DNA of 64,000 nt from Octopus bimaculoides (taxonomy: Eukaryota), in assembly GCF_001194135.2 (NCBI RefSeq), contig NC_068986.1:53538905-53602904 (forward strand). The letters run 5' to 3'. This document shows, piece after piece, positions 38,180-51,339 of this stretch. Under the pieces are notes generated by a model, which saw nothing but the letters and a program-made list of their open reading frames with translations, did no database searches and was not told the origin of the DNA. Numbering within the stretch: the first letter of the stretch is position 1; every line of letters begins with the position of its first letter. A program made the translations under genes and the position numbers.

Positions 38180-40003
38180 AGTGGGATCTGACTTGGTCAC
38201 CCATATAGTTAATCAGGTTGTCCACGAGGAAGTTATAGACAATGATTGTTGTAGCAGAACCATAGTCACCTGCTACAAAGGCGAGGGTGATGCCCTTGAC
38301 AGAAATAATTACAGAGGTATCAAATTTCTGGACCAGGTGATGAAAGCTGCAGAAATGGTCATAGCTCAATTAATTAGGAAGAGAGTTAGCATAGATGAGA
38401 TGCATTTTGGTTTTGTGTCACTGAGAAGCACCACCGATGCTATCTTCCCCGTAAGGCAACTGCAGGAGAAATACTTGACCAAAAATAAACTTCTGTATCT
38501 GGCTTTTGTTGGCATGGAGAGAGCCTTTGACAGAGTCCCCCGTTCCCTTATCTGGTGGGCAACGCGGAAGACAGGGATGCTGTCTGTAAGGTGAGAGTCG
38601 CCAATGAGTATGTAGTAACGCCTTGTCTCATGCGCATGCGTAGTCATCAATATCCAAGTTTCGCGCCCTTATTCATTCTCTTTTCTTGCCGGCCGACGAA
38701 GAGCTCAAACGCACAAGTAGTCTGTCTCCAACATTCCAACTCTGGAGCTAGACAAATAACCACTCAACATCAATGACGGCGTCTCAGCAACCAAAGGGCG
38801 AAGTGCTGCCTATTTCCTCTGTAAATAAATATTGTTTTGTTGATGGTTCAGAATCTGCGTTCCGTTGTTTCTTCTAGAAATTTAATGTACGGAAGCGGTG
38901 TACACCTAATGGTGTATAACCACTTCCCTACAAGTATAACAAGGAGTTTAGTGTACAAGTAGGAGTCCACCAAGGATTGGTTTTTAGCCCCGTCTTGTTC
39001 ATCATGGCCCTCCTCGCTCTAACCAAGGAATTTAAGACTGGCTGCTCTTGGGAGCTTCTCTATACCGATGATCTTGTTCTTATACCTGAATCACTACCAG
39101 AACTAGAGTAGAAATTTCAGGTATGGAAGCACGGACTATAATCAAAAGTCCTTAGAGTTAATTTAGCAAAAACCAAAGTATTAATAAGTAGGAAAACAGA
39201 CATAGAATAAAAATAGACTGGGCAAAGTTCAGAGAGTTACTACCTCTGTTAGTAACGAAGGGCCTCTCTTTCAGAGTAAAATGCAGATTGTATGATGCCT
39301 GTGTACGAACAGCTATGCTTCATAGCAGTGAAATATGGGCTGTGACAAGAGGACATGCGAAGGCGTGAAAGAAATGAAGCCAGTGTGAGTAATGTCAGCG
39401 TGCATATACGACAGAGTGTAATTGATTTGAGAGAAAAACTGGTATACGAGGCATTTGATAGAACGTGCAAGAAAGAAAACTGCGTTGGTACAGCTATGCA
39501 ATGCGTATGAATGAAGGCAGCTGCATCAAGAGGTGCCAATTTCAAAATGTGGAACATGTGGAAGGGGTAGACCTAGGAAGATGTGGAACGAAGTGGTGAG
39601 AAAGGATCTACGGATGTTGGGACTCACAGAGGGGATGACTGTGAATCGAGATTCCTGGCGGTTTGCTGTGCTTGAAAAGACACGTCAACTTAAGTAAAAA
39701 GCGTGGTTGTCCTTGCATGCAGGCCGTCCTCTGCATCCCTCTCTAGTTGAACATTCCTAACCTTGCGGGCTCGTGGGCGCTGGTGTCACGTAAAAAGCAC
39801 TAGTACAGATGCCACGTAAACGTACTCGTGCCGGTGCTGGGTAAAAGCACCCAGTACACTCTGTAAGGTAGTTGGCGTTAGGAAGGGTATTCAGCCGTAG
39901 AAACTATGCCTAAACAGATATGGAGCCTGGCAGCTCTTCAGCTGGCCAGCTCCAGTTAAACTGTTCAACCCATGCCAGCATGGAAAACAGACAATAAATG
40001 ATG

Positions 40004-40010
<7 letters not shown>
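38180..40010 (+). mobile_element. Second RTE-clade LINE relic, interrupted by a solo LTR and internal deletions
   Basis: ORF 38181-38594 reads ...DRNNYRGIKFLDQVMK...DEMHFGFVSLRSTTDAIF...LAFVGMERAFDRVPRSLIWW. ELLYTDDLVL lies at about 39052 and the (GAT)n tail at about 39998-40010. The copy is colinear with the one at 26705-29146. Confidence 0.9.
38611..38931 (+). mobile_element. Solo LTR (probably Ty3/Gypsy), 321 bp, 4-bp TSD
   Basis: TGTAGTAA...TTCCTACA termini (7/8 inverted), AGTA TSD at 38607-10 and 38932-35, and AATAAA at 38824-29. Removing it restores the RTE sequence colinear with about 27640-27700. Confidence 0.85.
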
Positions 40011-40042
<32 letters not shown>

Positions 40043-40492
40043 NNNNNNNNNNNNNNNNNNNNNNNNNNNNNNNNNNNNNNNNNNNNNNNNNNNTATATAT
40101 GTAGAATATTGAAAAGGAACACACGAGTTGATATGTATAAGAAAAATAAGACAAGGTAGAAAATGCTCAAATAATTTTATCATGAAGAACATTTTAGAAC
40201 CGGTTTCAGTTTGCGACTTTTTCAATTTACGATTAAATTGTGGAAAAATTAAATGAAAAGTTAAAAAAAAAAAATTTCCTTAGTTTTCAAATGCAAGGGA
40301 CATTTTCCTTTTTTCTGTCTGTCTCTGTCTCTCTTTTTTACTCAGTCAGTGGGAAAGCCGCACTGATGGAATTTTTCTAGTTAATTGAGAGTGGTGGGAG
40401 GAAGAAAGTTATTCTCGGAGTGATCCCAATGTAGTTGTGATGTTTTAAAAAAGGAACTGTTAATAAAGCTATTGATATTAAGCAAATGGAAG

Positions 40493-40523
<31 letters not shown>

Positions 40524-41879
40524 ATGAGAGATAAAAATAAAGATAGAATAGAAGAGGATAAAAATACGATGCGAGAAATACTGGAGGGTGAATGGACAGT
40601 ATAGAGGGAGGGGGAAATGGAAGGCAGGAAGTAAGAGTGAATGACTGAGAAGTTTAGGAAGGTCGTGGATTTGACTTCATGGGATGGAACAGGTTGGTGA
40701 GGTTTTGCGGGGAAAAAGATAAAAATTAAAGCGAAGAAGAAGAAGAATTAAAATGAAGTAATGAAATATAGAAAAAATGAAAGTCAAAATAAGTTAAGGA
40801 AGACGTTGAAATAAAAAGATATTTGGAGAAAAGTATGAAATGGGAAAAATAAGAATGTTATACTAGAAATAGATAAAACACGAAAAACAAAACACATACA
40901 CACACACACACACAAACACAACGCTTTAGGTTGTAGGAGGTCAGTTTCAAATGGAAGATGCAACGGAATCGGAGTTCAAAATAGGGGCTGGAAATAACTT
41001 TTAAAATTTCACTCATGGCCGACCCGGGACAATAGTAGAAGATACTTGCTCAAGGTGCCGTATATTGGGACTGAACCCAGAACTACGTGATTGTAAAGTA
41101 AGCTTCTTAACCGCACACGCGCGCACACACAAATGTATATATCTTTTATCTTTTACTTGCTTCAGTCAGTGGACTGTGGCCATGCTGGGGCACTGCCTTG
41201 AAAGATTTTAGTCGAATGAACCGATCACAGTTCTTATATTTTGACAGCCCGATATTTATTCAATCAATATCTTTTACCGAGCTGCTAAGTTACGGAGACG
41301 CAAACAAACCAACACCGATTGTCAAGCAGCGATTGGGGACCAAAGACACGCACACACACACACATTTGTCTACCATGAACGAACAAAGTATACTGCGTAT
41401 AATTTTCAAGAGAAGTTTTTTAAAAACTTTATTGTATGTTTTATTTACTTGTTAATTAACGTACACCTCATTCAGAAGTAACTCATGCCCCATCAAAATA
41501 CTGTCATACCCTACTGTGGAGCGTGCAGCCCATTTCAAGAAACACTAACATAAAGCCTCCATTTCAGATGCTCACTTGTAATTTTTATTTAGTTTAGATT
41601 TGCTTTTATTGAGTAAAAGTATGATCGAGGTTATTCTGTGATAATTCCGGATTTTTGTAGGCATACTGAACCCAGGATCGTATTATTTAACGTATCCTTT
41701 TGCAGGACGAAAGAACGTTATTTGAAGGAAATTAGTCTCCTATATCAAGTGAGTCATGTGATATCGTAGAGGCGGCCTCATTTGTTCACGTTGAAGTTTT
41801 CACTCTTGGAAGTTGATAACAAAACGGGCAGTAAGTGAGTAATCTTTATGAACAAGAATATTACATATAAAGCTATCAG

Positions 41880-42990
41880 GAGGATTTTACGAAATTAGTT
41901 AGTGGTAAAGGACAAGGAGACTTGAGCGATGTAGAAAGACATCCTCTTGATGTTGGTAAACAGCTCTTATGCTTTGGAAGTGGAGCTCTTCCTCTGCATA
42001 ACTGATTCAGTGCTATCGGCTTTAGCTGCGATAGGGGTGAAGATAAATGTACCCAGGAAGATGATACCACTTACCCGTCTCGGCTGGTTCATTTGCTTCC
42101 AAGAGTTTTGAATTGAGGGAGCTTGCAACAGATAGCAGTTTTTGGGGATGCAAGTGCTGTTGTGTGTTAGGAAGATGGTGAGTTAGTTTGATTCGTCAGT
42201 AGCCAAACGATCCGATGGGAACAGAGATGAAAGTAGCTGGGTAAAGAGTGGATGTTTCCGTGAAAAACAAGTCAAGAGCTTTTGGAGTGTTGATGAGAGG
42301 GTCAAGGAGACAAGAACAATAAATGTAAACAGTTAAGTTCAGTGTTTAAAGAAGTGCGAGATCCCAGCGGAATTGTTGTTGTTTAGATACAATTCAACCT
42401 TCTCACAGTTAATCTATGGCACTAGTTCTCAACCATTTTTTGCCTTTGGACCCCTTTGACCCCTATTTTACTCCACTACCCCACCCCATGTTAAAAAATC
42501 CAGTTATATTTTTTTAATGAAATATTATTTGGAATTGTATAAAACCATTGTTAAAATATTCTGTGTAATGTTGAAATATAACCAATTTATTGCACCTAAA
42601 CCTTAACAACAAAACCTCATATGGACACGCGTTGAGAACCACCAATATATGGTCATCAGATTTATGCAAACCATGGCCAGCTCATCCATTTTTTTTCAGG
42701 AATAATATACTCCGGACTGCATTAATGCAAATGCATCCTTTTAAGGTAGTAGAGTGCACTTTGAGGTGGATTTGGCTGATATTTCTAATAATTTAAATGA
42801 CCACATAGAGTTGTATGCATTGAAGTCATCTTGTATGGAAGTGAGATAGATGCACTTGTTGGAGAAGTTAGAGCAGCGGTAAAGGTAACAGATAACCTTA
42901 AAAGAATAAGGAAGGAGGACTGAGTTGAAATAGGTCGAAGGTTTTCTTATTGATAACCAGGTAAATGGTTAGGAGAGTGGATGATATGAT
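41880..42990 (-). mobile_element. Highly decayed CR1/Jockey-type LINE endonuclease region, interrupted by a hAT MITE
   Basis: Minus translations VICYLYRCSN...QDDFNAYNSMWS (GDFN-like) and TPKALDLFFT...VPIGSFGY (LDLF...LGSSDH-like). Confidence 0.5.
42420..42644. mobile_element. hAT (Charlie-like) MITE, 225 bp
   Basis: Imperfect TIRs CACTAGTTCTCAACC...CGTTGAGAACCACCA; 8-bp TSD ATCTATGG (42412-19) and ATATATGG (42645-52), 7/8 identical. Confidence 0.75.
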
Positions 42991-43559
42991 GCCTATATAT
43001 ATATATATATATATATAAGCAATGTTAATTCTCTAAATGAAGTATTAACAGTAACTGCACGATAAAGTGTAGTATATTGCCACTTAAGTGTGGCTGACCC
43101 CTAGGGGTGGATGTTACTGTTGCTTTTAGCCCCAGGAGGACATCTCCTCCAGCTGGCTTATCGACACACTACTGTGTCCTGTTTGCCAAGGGAAGTTATC
43201 CCTCTCACCATGATCTATAGCACGAACGGATCCGGATTTCAGGGTTATTTCCCTTCGTCGGCGTTCGATAGCCACTGACCCTTNNNNNNNNNNNNNNNNN
43301 NNNNNNNNNNNNNNNNNNCGCCTGCAAGATAAGGTAGACCACCTGAGAGAAACTTCACGGTGAGTGGGCTTGAGGATCAACCAGGAAAAGACAAAAGTGC
43401 TGCGTATCAACAACAAGCAGTGAAATTCTTCACTGGACAGTAACATCCACCCCTAGGGCTCAGCCACACTTAAGTGGCAATATACTACACTTTATCGTGC
43501 AGTTACTGTTAATACTTCATTTAGAGAATTAACATTGCTTGTTTTCACCTTTTCGATAT

Positions 43560-43885
43560 CAGTGAAGAATTTCACTGCTTGTTGTTGATACGCAGCACTT
43601 TTGTCTTTTCCTGGTTGATCCTCAAGCCCACTCACCGTGAAGTTTCTCTCAGGTGGTCTACCTTATCTTGCAGGCGATGTGACAGTAGCGTGAGATCATC
43701 TGCGTAGTCCAAGTCCTCCAGCTTGTTCATCAGTGTCCACTGACTACCTTTCCCGGAGTTAGCGTAGAGCGTCCTGATGACCCAGTCCAGCATGACGAGG
43801 AACAGGAGCAGTGACAACAAACGGCCCTGTCTGACTCCCATGCTGACCCTGAATTCCTCCGACAATCTCCCAGCATGGATGACCT
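43560..43885 (-). mobile_element. RTE/BovB-type RT fragment
   Basis: RLSEEFRVSMGVRQGRLLSLLLFLVMLDWV...LEDLDYADDLTLLSH...LRETSR-VGLRINQEKTKVLRIN. Confidence 0.85.
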
Positions 43886-46800
43886 NNNNNNNNNNGTGTG
43901 TGTGTGTAATTGTCCCCATAACATAGTGGTTCGGCAAAAAAAAAAAGAGTTCGATAAAATAAGCACCAGACTTCTTTAAAAATGTATTCGGGTCGATTTG
44001 TTCGATTAAACCTTTCGAGGCGATGCCTTAGCATGGCTACAATCAATGACTGAAACAAGTAAAAGGTAAAGATATGGCCGAATGGTTTAGAAATTCACTT
44101 CGCGATCCAGAGGTTCCGAATTCGATCTCACTGCAGGACATCTTGGGCATTTCTCATTTACCATAGCTTCGGTTCGACCCAAGCCGAGCGAGTGAAACTG
44201 AGTAGATGGAAACTTCGTGGAAGCCGCTTAGTTGGATTGTATCTGCAAATCAAAAGTCCGGCCTGACACGCCGCTGTCAGCGACGATTCTGCTTGAGAAT
44301 TATGTGAAGAGTACATCTTCAGTGAATTAATTGGCCATTTCACAAGCTAATTTAATGAGAGGGTAGTGAAATTCATCGAACAGCTGAATATTCATCATCG
44401 AAAACCGACGGAGATCAATTTTTCTTTGTCACCACCGGTAACAGCAATAACAATATCAAGAGTAATTATATCTATATATAACCTGTAGTAATTTCAGTAA
44501 ATCCAAAAATAACTTAAATTCGATGAAATTACTTCCGTAAAACGTACAACGCATGGTATCCTATATCATTCTCATTGAGAGACACAAATGTACAGACATT
44601 CACCCGCACACACATATAATACTCAATGAAAGATTCTCTGTTTCTTGACATTCTTTTTCACCTACACATACAATGTGTATACGCCTGCTCGCACGTTACA
44701 CATACACATAGGCATTCACTCTATTGTATATTCTTTTTCATTCGGCCTTTGCGTCATTGACGCTCAGCAGTCAACATGGTTACACCTACACACTTACGTA
44801 TATATACTTATATCAATTGGTTAATTTAAAAAGAGAGAGAAAAAAAAATGCTGGCTTTGCTCTCTGACACCCAGCACACCCAAGAGAGCCTAAGGCTTGG
44901 TCCCCACGACCAGGATCTTGTGTATATTCACATATTTACACATCCACGGTCTTTTTTTTTTGTAATCTACTCTATTCATGTCCGCTCAAAATGATTTAGG
45001 ATTATTTTACTAACACACGCACGTTGTTCACTTTACTCAAAGGTACCCACTTCTACCCACTTTAAACACATCACTCCCATGTAACATGTGATAGCACCTG
45101 TGCTTATCACACTCGGTTGAACTCCAGAAATGATTGACACCATCTAATTAATTACATTGTCTTATCGCTTAACTTTTACATTGTTCTATACTTTCCACTT
45201 ATAAAGCGTCACACACACGTGTGTATATAAATTGTATATGTACACACGTATATATACCCCACCCCGTATATATATATATATATATATATATATACCCCAC
45301 CCCGTATATATATATATATATATATATAAAAGTATTTTATCTCTTGTGTATAAATATATATGTACATATGTATATATAAGGCTTATTATCTATGTATATC
45401 TACACATATTTATAAAGGGTTCCACCCTCTCGTTTACATTTCTCTTATGTCACTCTCTTATGACAGTATAAGAAATATCTATAAATAAATCATTATGAAC
45501 TCGAGCGCCGTGATGCAAGAATCAAGCTCCCGGTGTACTTGCTCTACCTTTGGCGCAGTTTCGATTTTCGTTCGAAGCCAACTTATTTCACTCAATTTAT
45601 AAGCATTCAGAACAGCGTTCACGTCCCACCTCCAAAAAAAAAAACACCACCACCGTCGTCACGTTTTCCTAAATTCACTGAACGACACGTGTAACAACCA
45701 GTTTGACACCCACTAACCAATGACGCGAATGTGTGTGTGTGTGTGCGCCTATCAGTCACAGGCATGTTGATGGTAAGACAATCGGGTAACTGACAATAAC
45801 GATTCGTTTTTCGGTTAGCGTTATACTTAATTCAGGTTATTAATTTTATTTATGAAGTCATAAATACGAAAATTTCTCATTTTTCATTCTAGGTTACCAT
45901 AGAATTTTACACGCCTATGGAAAGAAGTAATTATTGGCTTAAATATTATATAATTAAAAAAATATTTCTTCCCTTATCATTATATGCTTATCCCTCATTT
46001 ATCATAGACAAAACAGATGGAGAATTATCGTAATGGATACTAACCAAACAATTTAATGACAGTAAGCTACACTTGTGCTAATGTATTTTTGATTTGTTCT
46101 CTAAAGAATTGAAGGTCTAAAATTTAAAACATCAGAGTCATCTCCCTTTTAGACCCTATTTTAATGTCAGACATTGTCGATGAAAACTAATGGAAATAAA
46201 ATCACCCCCTTCTTCTCTGGCGAAGAGCCCTGCTCTCGAAACACTATAAATTCTCATTATCTCGCAGAACACAAACTTCTTTCGTACTGTGAGAAGAAAT
46301 TGGAGTGGAACTTTGCGTCTACGGTGATCCAATTCATGTCGTCATTAGATCACAGCTTTATCGATCATAATTATTAAACTAGATAATGCAGAAAAGATGA
46401 TGTACATCACCGCATTTGTAAACATCGTGTTCAACGAATATAATGTATTTATTTATTTGCTATTACTTTTAAAAACATTCTTACAATTAAGTTTCTTTTC
46501 TTCAATATAATTGATTATTTATTTTAAAATTTCTTTTATAGTTTATATATTCTTTTGCTGTTATTGTTTGCTAATCTTTAAGGTGGCGAACNNNNNNNNN
46601 NNNNNNNNNNNNNNNNNNNNNNNNNNNNNNNNNNNNNNNNNNNNNNNNNNNNNNNNNNNNNNNNNNNNNNNNNNNNNNNNNNNNNNNNNNNNNNNNNNNN
46701 NNNNNNNNNNNNNNNNNNNNNNNNNNNNNNNNNNNNNNNNNNNNNNNNNNNNNNNNNNNNNNNNNNNNNNNNNNNNNNNNNNNNNNNNNNNNNNNNNNNN

Positions 46801-47280
46801 NNNNNNNNNNNNNNNAACTCATTGACCGTGGAATGGTAGGGCACTGAAAAAATTACTTGTAATACATTTACTTGCGTCCCTTCATCGAGGTCGATTTTGC
46901 ATTCCATAGCTCCTGATAAAAAGAACAAAAAACTATTCAGTTAATTACTGGGTTTAAGTTAACTGTCTTCTCCCATTCCTTCCTAATGTGTGACTTTGTA
47001 CATACGTTATAAAGCAATATGACTCCTGTTGTACTTTAGGACCATTTAACCCCCAATTGACGTTCAAACGTTCAATTAGATCAAAAGTGTTTAAAGTGTG
47101 ACCATCTCGCTTTTTTTTTTTTACTCCTAGCAGTGTACTCCAGGGACTTCATTATTCAAAGTGTCTTCCTTTCAAGACAGTGGAATATGATTTGAGTGAA
47201 ATTTGGTTACTATTTCTAGCAGATCAAGCGACCGCATAGTGACTCACTTATTGGTTTGATAATACGAGTGACACAAAATA

Positions 47281-47451
47281 AGCCGGTGAGCTGGCAGAAT
47301 CGTTAGCACGCTGAGTATGATGCTTACCGGCATTTCATCTGTTTTTACGTTCTGAGTTCAAATTCCGCCGAGGTCGACTTTGCCTTTCACCTTTTCGGGA
47401 CCGATAAAATAAGTACCTGCTGAACACTGGTTGTGCCAAAATCTGAAATCA
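47281..47451 (+). mobile_element. Meta/MESC-like SINE, CpG-retaining
   Basis: GGTGAGCTGGCAGAATCGTTAGCACG...TTCCGCCGAGGTCGACTTTGCCTTTCAC. Confidence 0.8.
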
Positions 47452-47852
47452 ACATGTGTGATATAAAATATAACTGTTGTTAACAAGCCAACGAAAGAGT
47501 CTTTATTTGTAAAATCTGCCTACTAGAATAGTAGTCAAATCTTCCTCAAATCACTATATTAGTTTAAAAAGGAAGTGCACATTGAATAATGTCCGAAAAA
47601 CACAATATCTGGAAGAAAAAAAAACGGGATGGTCAGGTCTGGGATGTCTTTGATGATAGGTTTGCTTGATTAGAATTGACCTAAGGTTAAACAGGAACTT
47701 GAATCACTTGAAGAATCGCGTAACTCCGGTGTGTCCGCCTGATGAATTGCCACCTCAACCTGTTACACTTGAAGAATCGTCTCTCCAACCCACATTTAAT
47801 TGAATTTGTTTCACATAAAACTGTTCTTGTTCTACGTCTATCTGTATGGTAA

Positions 47853-47926
<74 letters not shown>

Positions 47927-49839
47927 TATATGTAACGGATGATATTAATTAGTAAACAATAATATGGGAAGACGATAGTCGATACATAGTAGGATGGAAT
48001 GTAATCTGTTTGTAAAGATTGGTTCTTCGTTGATAGCGAATATGTAAAGATGAAAGAACAGTGATTGAAGTTGTGAAGAAAATATTTATTTACCGTTACA
48101 TTGAATATAATACCTTGCCTCAACGGGCAGGTGATAAAAACCTAGAGCGTGCGAAGTAAAAAAGTTAATTTCGGCTTGTGTCTTCGTATTGTAATAGTAA
48201 ACCATAGAGAGAGATATGGTAACGTGCACCGAAGACAAACTGAGTTAGTGAAAGTGAGAGAGTGTGGGAAGTTGGGTTTCATAGCTACTGACAGTAGATT
48301 TCATTTCTCCATTTGGCCATTGTCTTTAGTAGCTGCTTTGCTTTGGATCATGATTCTAGCGTTCTGTTCCTTAACTGATGGCAGCTGTCTCTGGCTCGAG
48401 TTTGTCATTCATTAACTAACTGATTGAGTTGTCACGAGCCGACTAGCTCTGTTGTCACCAAGCCATTAACTAAAGTGACTAACCGATTTTTGCTTGGGGT
48501 TCTTGCTTTTATAATTATCCAAAAGGATGGACATATCATTGAGAACAATAGATTTAGTTGGTGGTATTTGTTATCTTAATTCTAGCTTTTGGTGGTCTAG
48601 GAGAGGTTAGAAAGGTCAAGTGGTGAACACATTATTTCGGCTCAGCTAAAGCAATCTGGCAAATGTAAAACTACTGTCACAGAAAAACTATGTTCCACCG
48701 TGAGAAAAGTTCTGTTGAAGTGTTAATTTAAATTTGGCTATGGTGGATCGAATCCACCTCATGCGTGCAAGATTCACTATACACACACACACGTATATAT
48801 ANNNNNNNNNNNNNNNNNNNNNNNNNNNNNNNNNNNNNNNNNNNNNNNNNNNNNNNNNNNNNNNNNNNNNNNNNNNNNNNNNNNNNNNNNNNNNNNNNNN
48901 NNNNNNNNNNNNNNNNNNNNNNNNNNNNNNNNNNNNNNNNNNNNNNNNNNNNNNNNNNNNNNNNNNNNNNNNNNNNNNNNNNNNNNNNNNNNNNNNNNNN
49001 NNNNNNNNNNNNNNNNNNNNNNNNNNNNNNNNNNNNNNNNNNNNNNNNNNNNNNNNNNNNNNNNNNNNNNNNNNNNNNNNNNNNNNNNNNNNNNNNNNNN
49101 NNNNNNNNNNNNNNNNNNNNNNNNNNNNNNNNNNNNNNNNNNNNNNNNNNNNNNNNNNNNNNNNNNNNNNNNNNNNNNNNNNNNNNNNNNNNNNNNNNNN
49201 NNNNNNNNNNNNNNNNNNNNNNNNNNNNNNNNNNNNNNNNNNNNNNNNNNNNNNNNNNNNNNNNNNNNNNNNNNNNNNNNNNNNNNNNNNNNNNNNNNNN
49301 NNNNNNNNNNNNNNNNNNNNNNNNNNGTGTGTGTGTGTTCCATAAATAATTGAAGTTACAGATATATGGTCAGTATTATTGATAATCTTTATATAGATAA
49401 TAATTATATCTAATAGTGGGATTTGAGGAAGATTTTTGTCTACTATTCCCAGTGTTGGTGGTAGTAGTCGTAGTAGGGTTGGTGGCTTTGGTGGTTGTTG
49501 TAGTAGTGTTGGTGATGTTACTGGTGATGATGATGATGGTGACGGTGATAGTGGTGGTGGGGGTTGTGATGATGTGTCAATGAAATAGGTCAATATTTTG
49601 GTCTTACCTTGTTTTACTCTACCTGGAAAATTATCACCACTGGTTTTTACACCTGAAGATTCGCCTGCGCCCCACCCTAGAATATTCTATGTGAAGAACT
49701 GCTCAAGTCTGGGATGACAATTCGTCGAGTGATCCAATTATATTGTTAATGATATTTGAATATTTGGAACACGACGCTTTACGAAACTACTTCACAGTTT
49801 AATTTGAATATACGAATTAGTGAAGATGTGTAGCTTTCT

Positions 49840-50112
49840 GTTTAGCGTATGCGGCTCACGATCGTATGGCTGTGAGTTCGAATCTCATCAGCGCATTGAG
49901 TTGTTTAGCAAGACATTTTGTTTTACAGTGCTCCAGTCCTTTCAGTTGTAATGAGTTGTATCGGTAGTTCAATGGGCCAGCCTTGTTACATTTGATGTGT
50001 CTCACTGAGAACTACTTTACGCGTATCTGGAGTGCTCAGACACTTGCACATTAATTTCATGAGCAGGTTCGAATCAACTGGAACACTCACCGTCGTAAAT
50101 GACGGAGTGCCA
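49840..50112 (+). mobile_element. Old OK-related tRNA SINE
   Basis: 3' half (...GAGAACT...GGAGTGCTCAG.CACTTGCAC.TTAATTTCA...AACTGGAAC...GACGGAGTGCCAA) aligns by eye with 32787-33170. Confidence 0.65.
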
Positions 50113-51339
50113 AGCCATCCAAATTAGTAAAGGAGACGACTATAATTTAGTTGAAAACTTCGTAACCGCACTGTCATAACGTTTACATGTGTAGCTACCA
50201 TCAATGGAAACCAAATTTCATATAAAAGCTGGCGATGGATCTATTTTGACAGAAAATAGAAGCCGAAGCTCCTTTCATACTCTATTAAAAAAGTAACTAC
50301 TCATTCTATAATGTTGTGCTGACCCCCCACCCCCCACCCACAACCCTGCAAAAGAAAAAAAATGACGGTTTGCCTTCAACCATAGATTTGCTTGGTCAAG
50401 ATTAATCTAGGGGTAAATAAAAACGACAGCAAATTGCCATACATATATCGTAGAAAATACTGTAAAATAATGATGAGGTTACATACAGAATTACAAAACA
50501 ATTGTGATTTATAGTTTAAAGTCTCGATTTCGTAGTAACGAAAAATGAGACTGTGTGACATTCATCCCTTTTTCAGATATATTAGCGGCTGAATTGAAGT
50601 CAGATCGTTACACTCGATGATTGAAACCAGACTGTCAACTCAGTTTGCGAGAGCATACTTCCACTGTGTAAGGCTCGTTTATGACGTTCATTATTGATTT
50701 CTTAGAAAACAACAGCTCAAGGCCTCAGATATTTAAATGAACATTAGCGACATAAGGGAGGTGAAACAGGCACAATCGAGAATCGATACTGGTTCATAAA
50801 CTCGGCTCACAATGTAACAATTATTGATTTTTATTTAATTAGTCTCGGTTTTATATATAATTGAGTGGAAATGGGATGTTGGGGAATCCAGATGTGTTTT
50901 CTTTTTTTACAATGAGTTTCATTCAGCAGTCGAACCTATTTACTAGACTCAGCTGTTCCTGAAGATGTGAAATACCAGTATTTTAACTGGTACCCCTGCA
51001 CTACAAAAGTGTTGCATCCCTGAAACTCTTGCCGTAACGCGCAATTCTGCAACGAGAAACATATTTTCTCATTGATTTCCATTTTATAAATTAAGATGCC
51101 TGTTGACGGAATGTTTACGAAAACAAAATTAATAAAAAAAAAAAAACAATAATTTTAATGCATAAAAATATTTTGTAAACGCACACAATACAAAATGTAT
51201 ATACAATGAACATTTTAAGCGAAGTACTTTAGGGAATAATTTAGAATGCTGTGATATTCTAGTAGGGTGCGTACTCATCACAAAATATGTTCATTACAGT
51301 GTAATAAATCTAGTATAATGGGAGCTACTACTCTGAAGA

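Noticed and set aside
38693-38711. CCGACGA-A-GAGCTC-AAACG in the solo LTR as a hammerhead (which would suggest a plant-type LTR retrozyme)
   Set aside because: U4 and G12 are missing, stem II has no loop and stem I is not adjacent. It is worth revisiting only if the family consensus restores the core.
21611-49593. Longest ORFs in the track (e.g. 21611-22270, 33760-34412, 37539-38369, 48688-49593)
   Set aside because: They are open only because they run through N gaps and flanking microsatellites.
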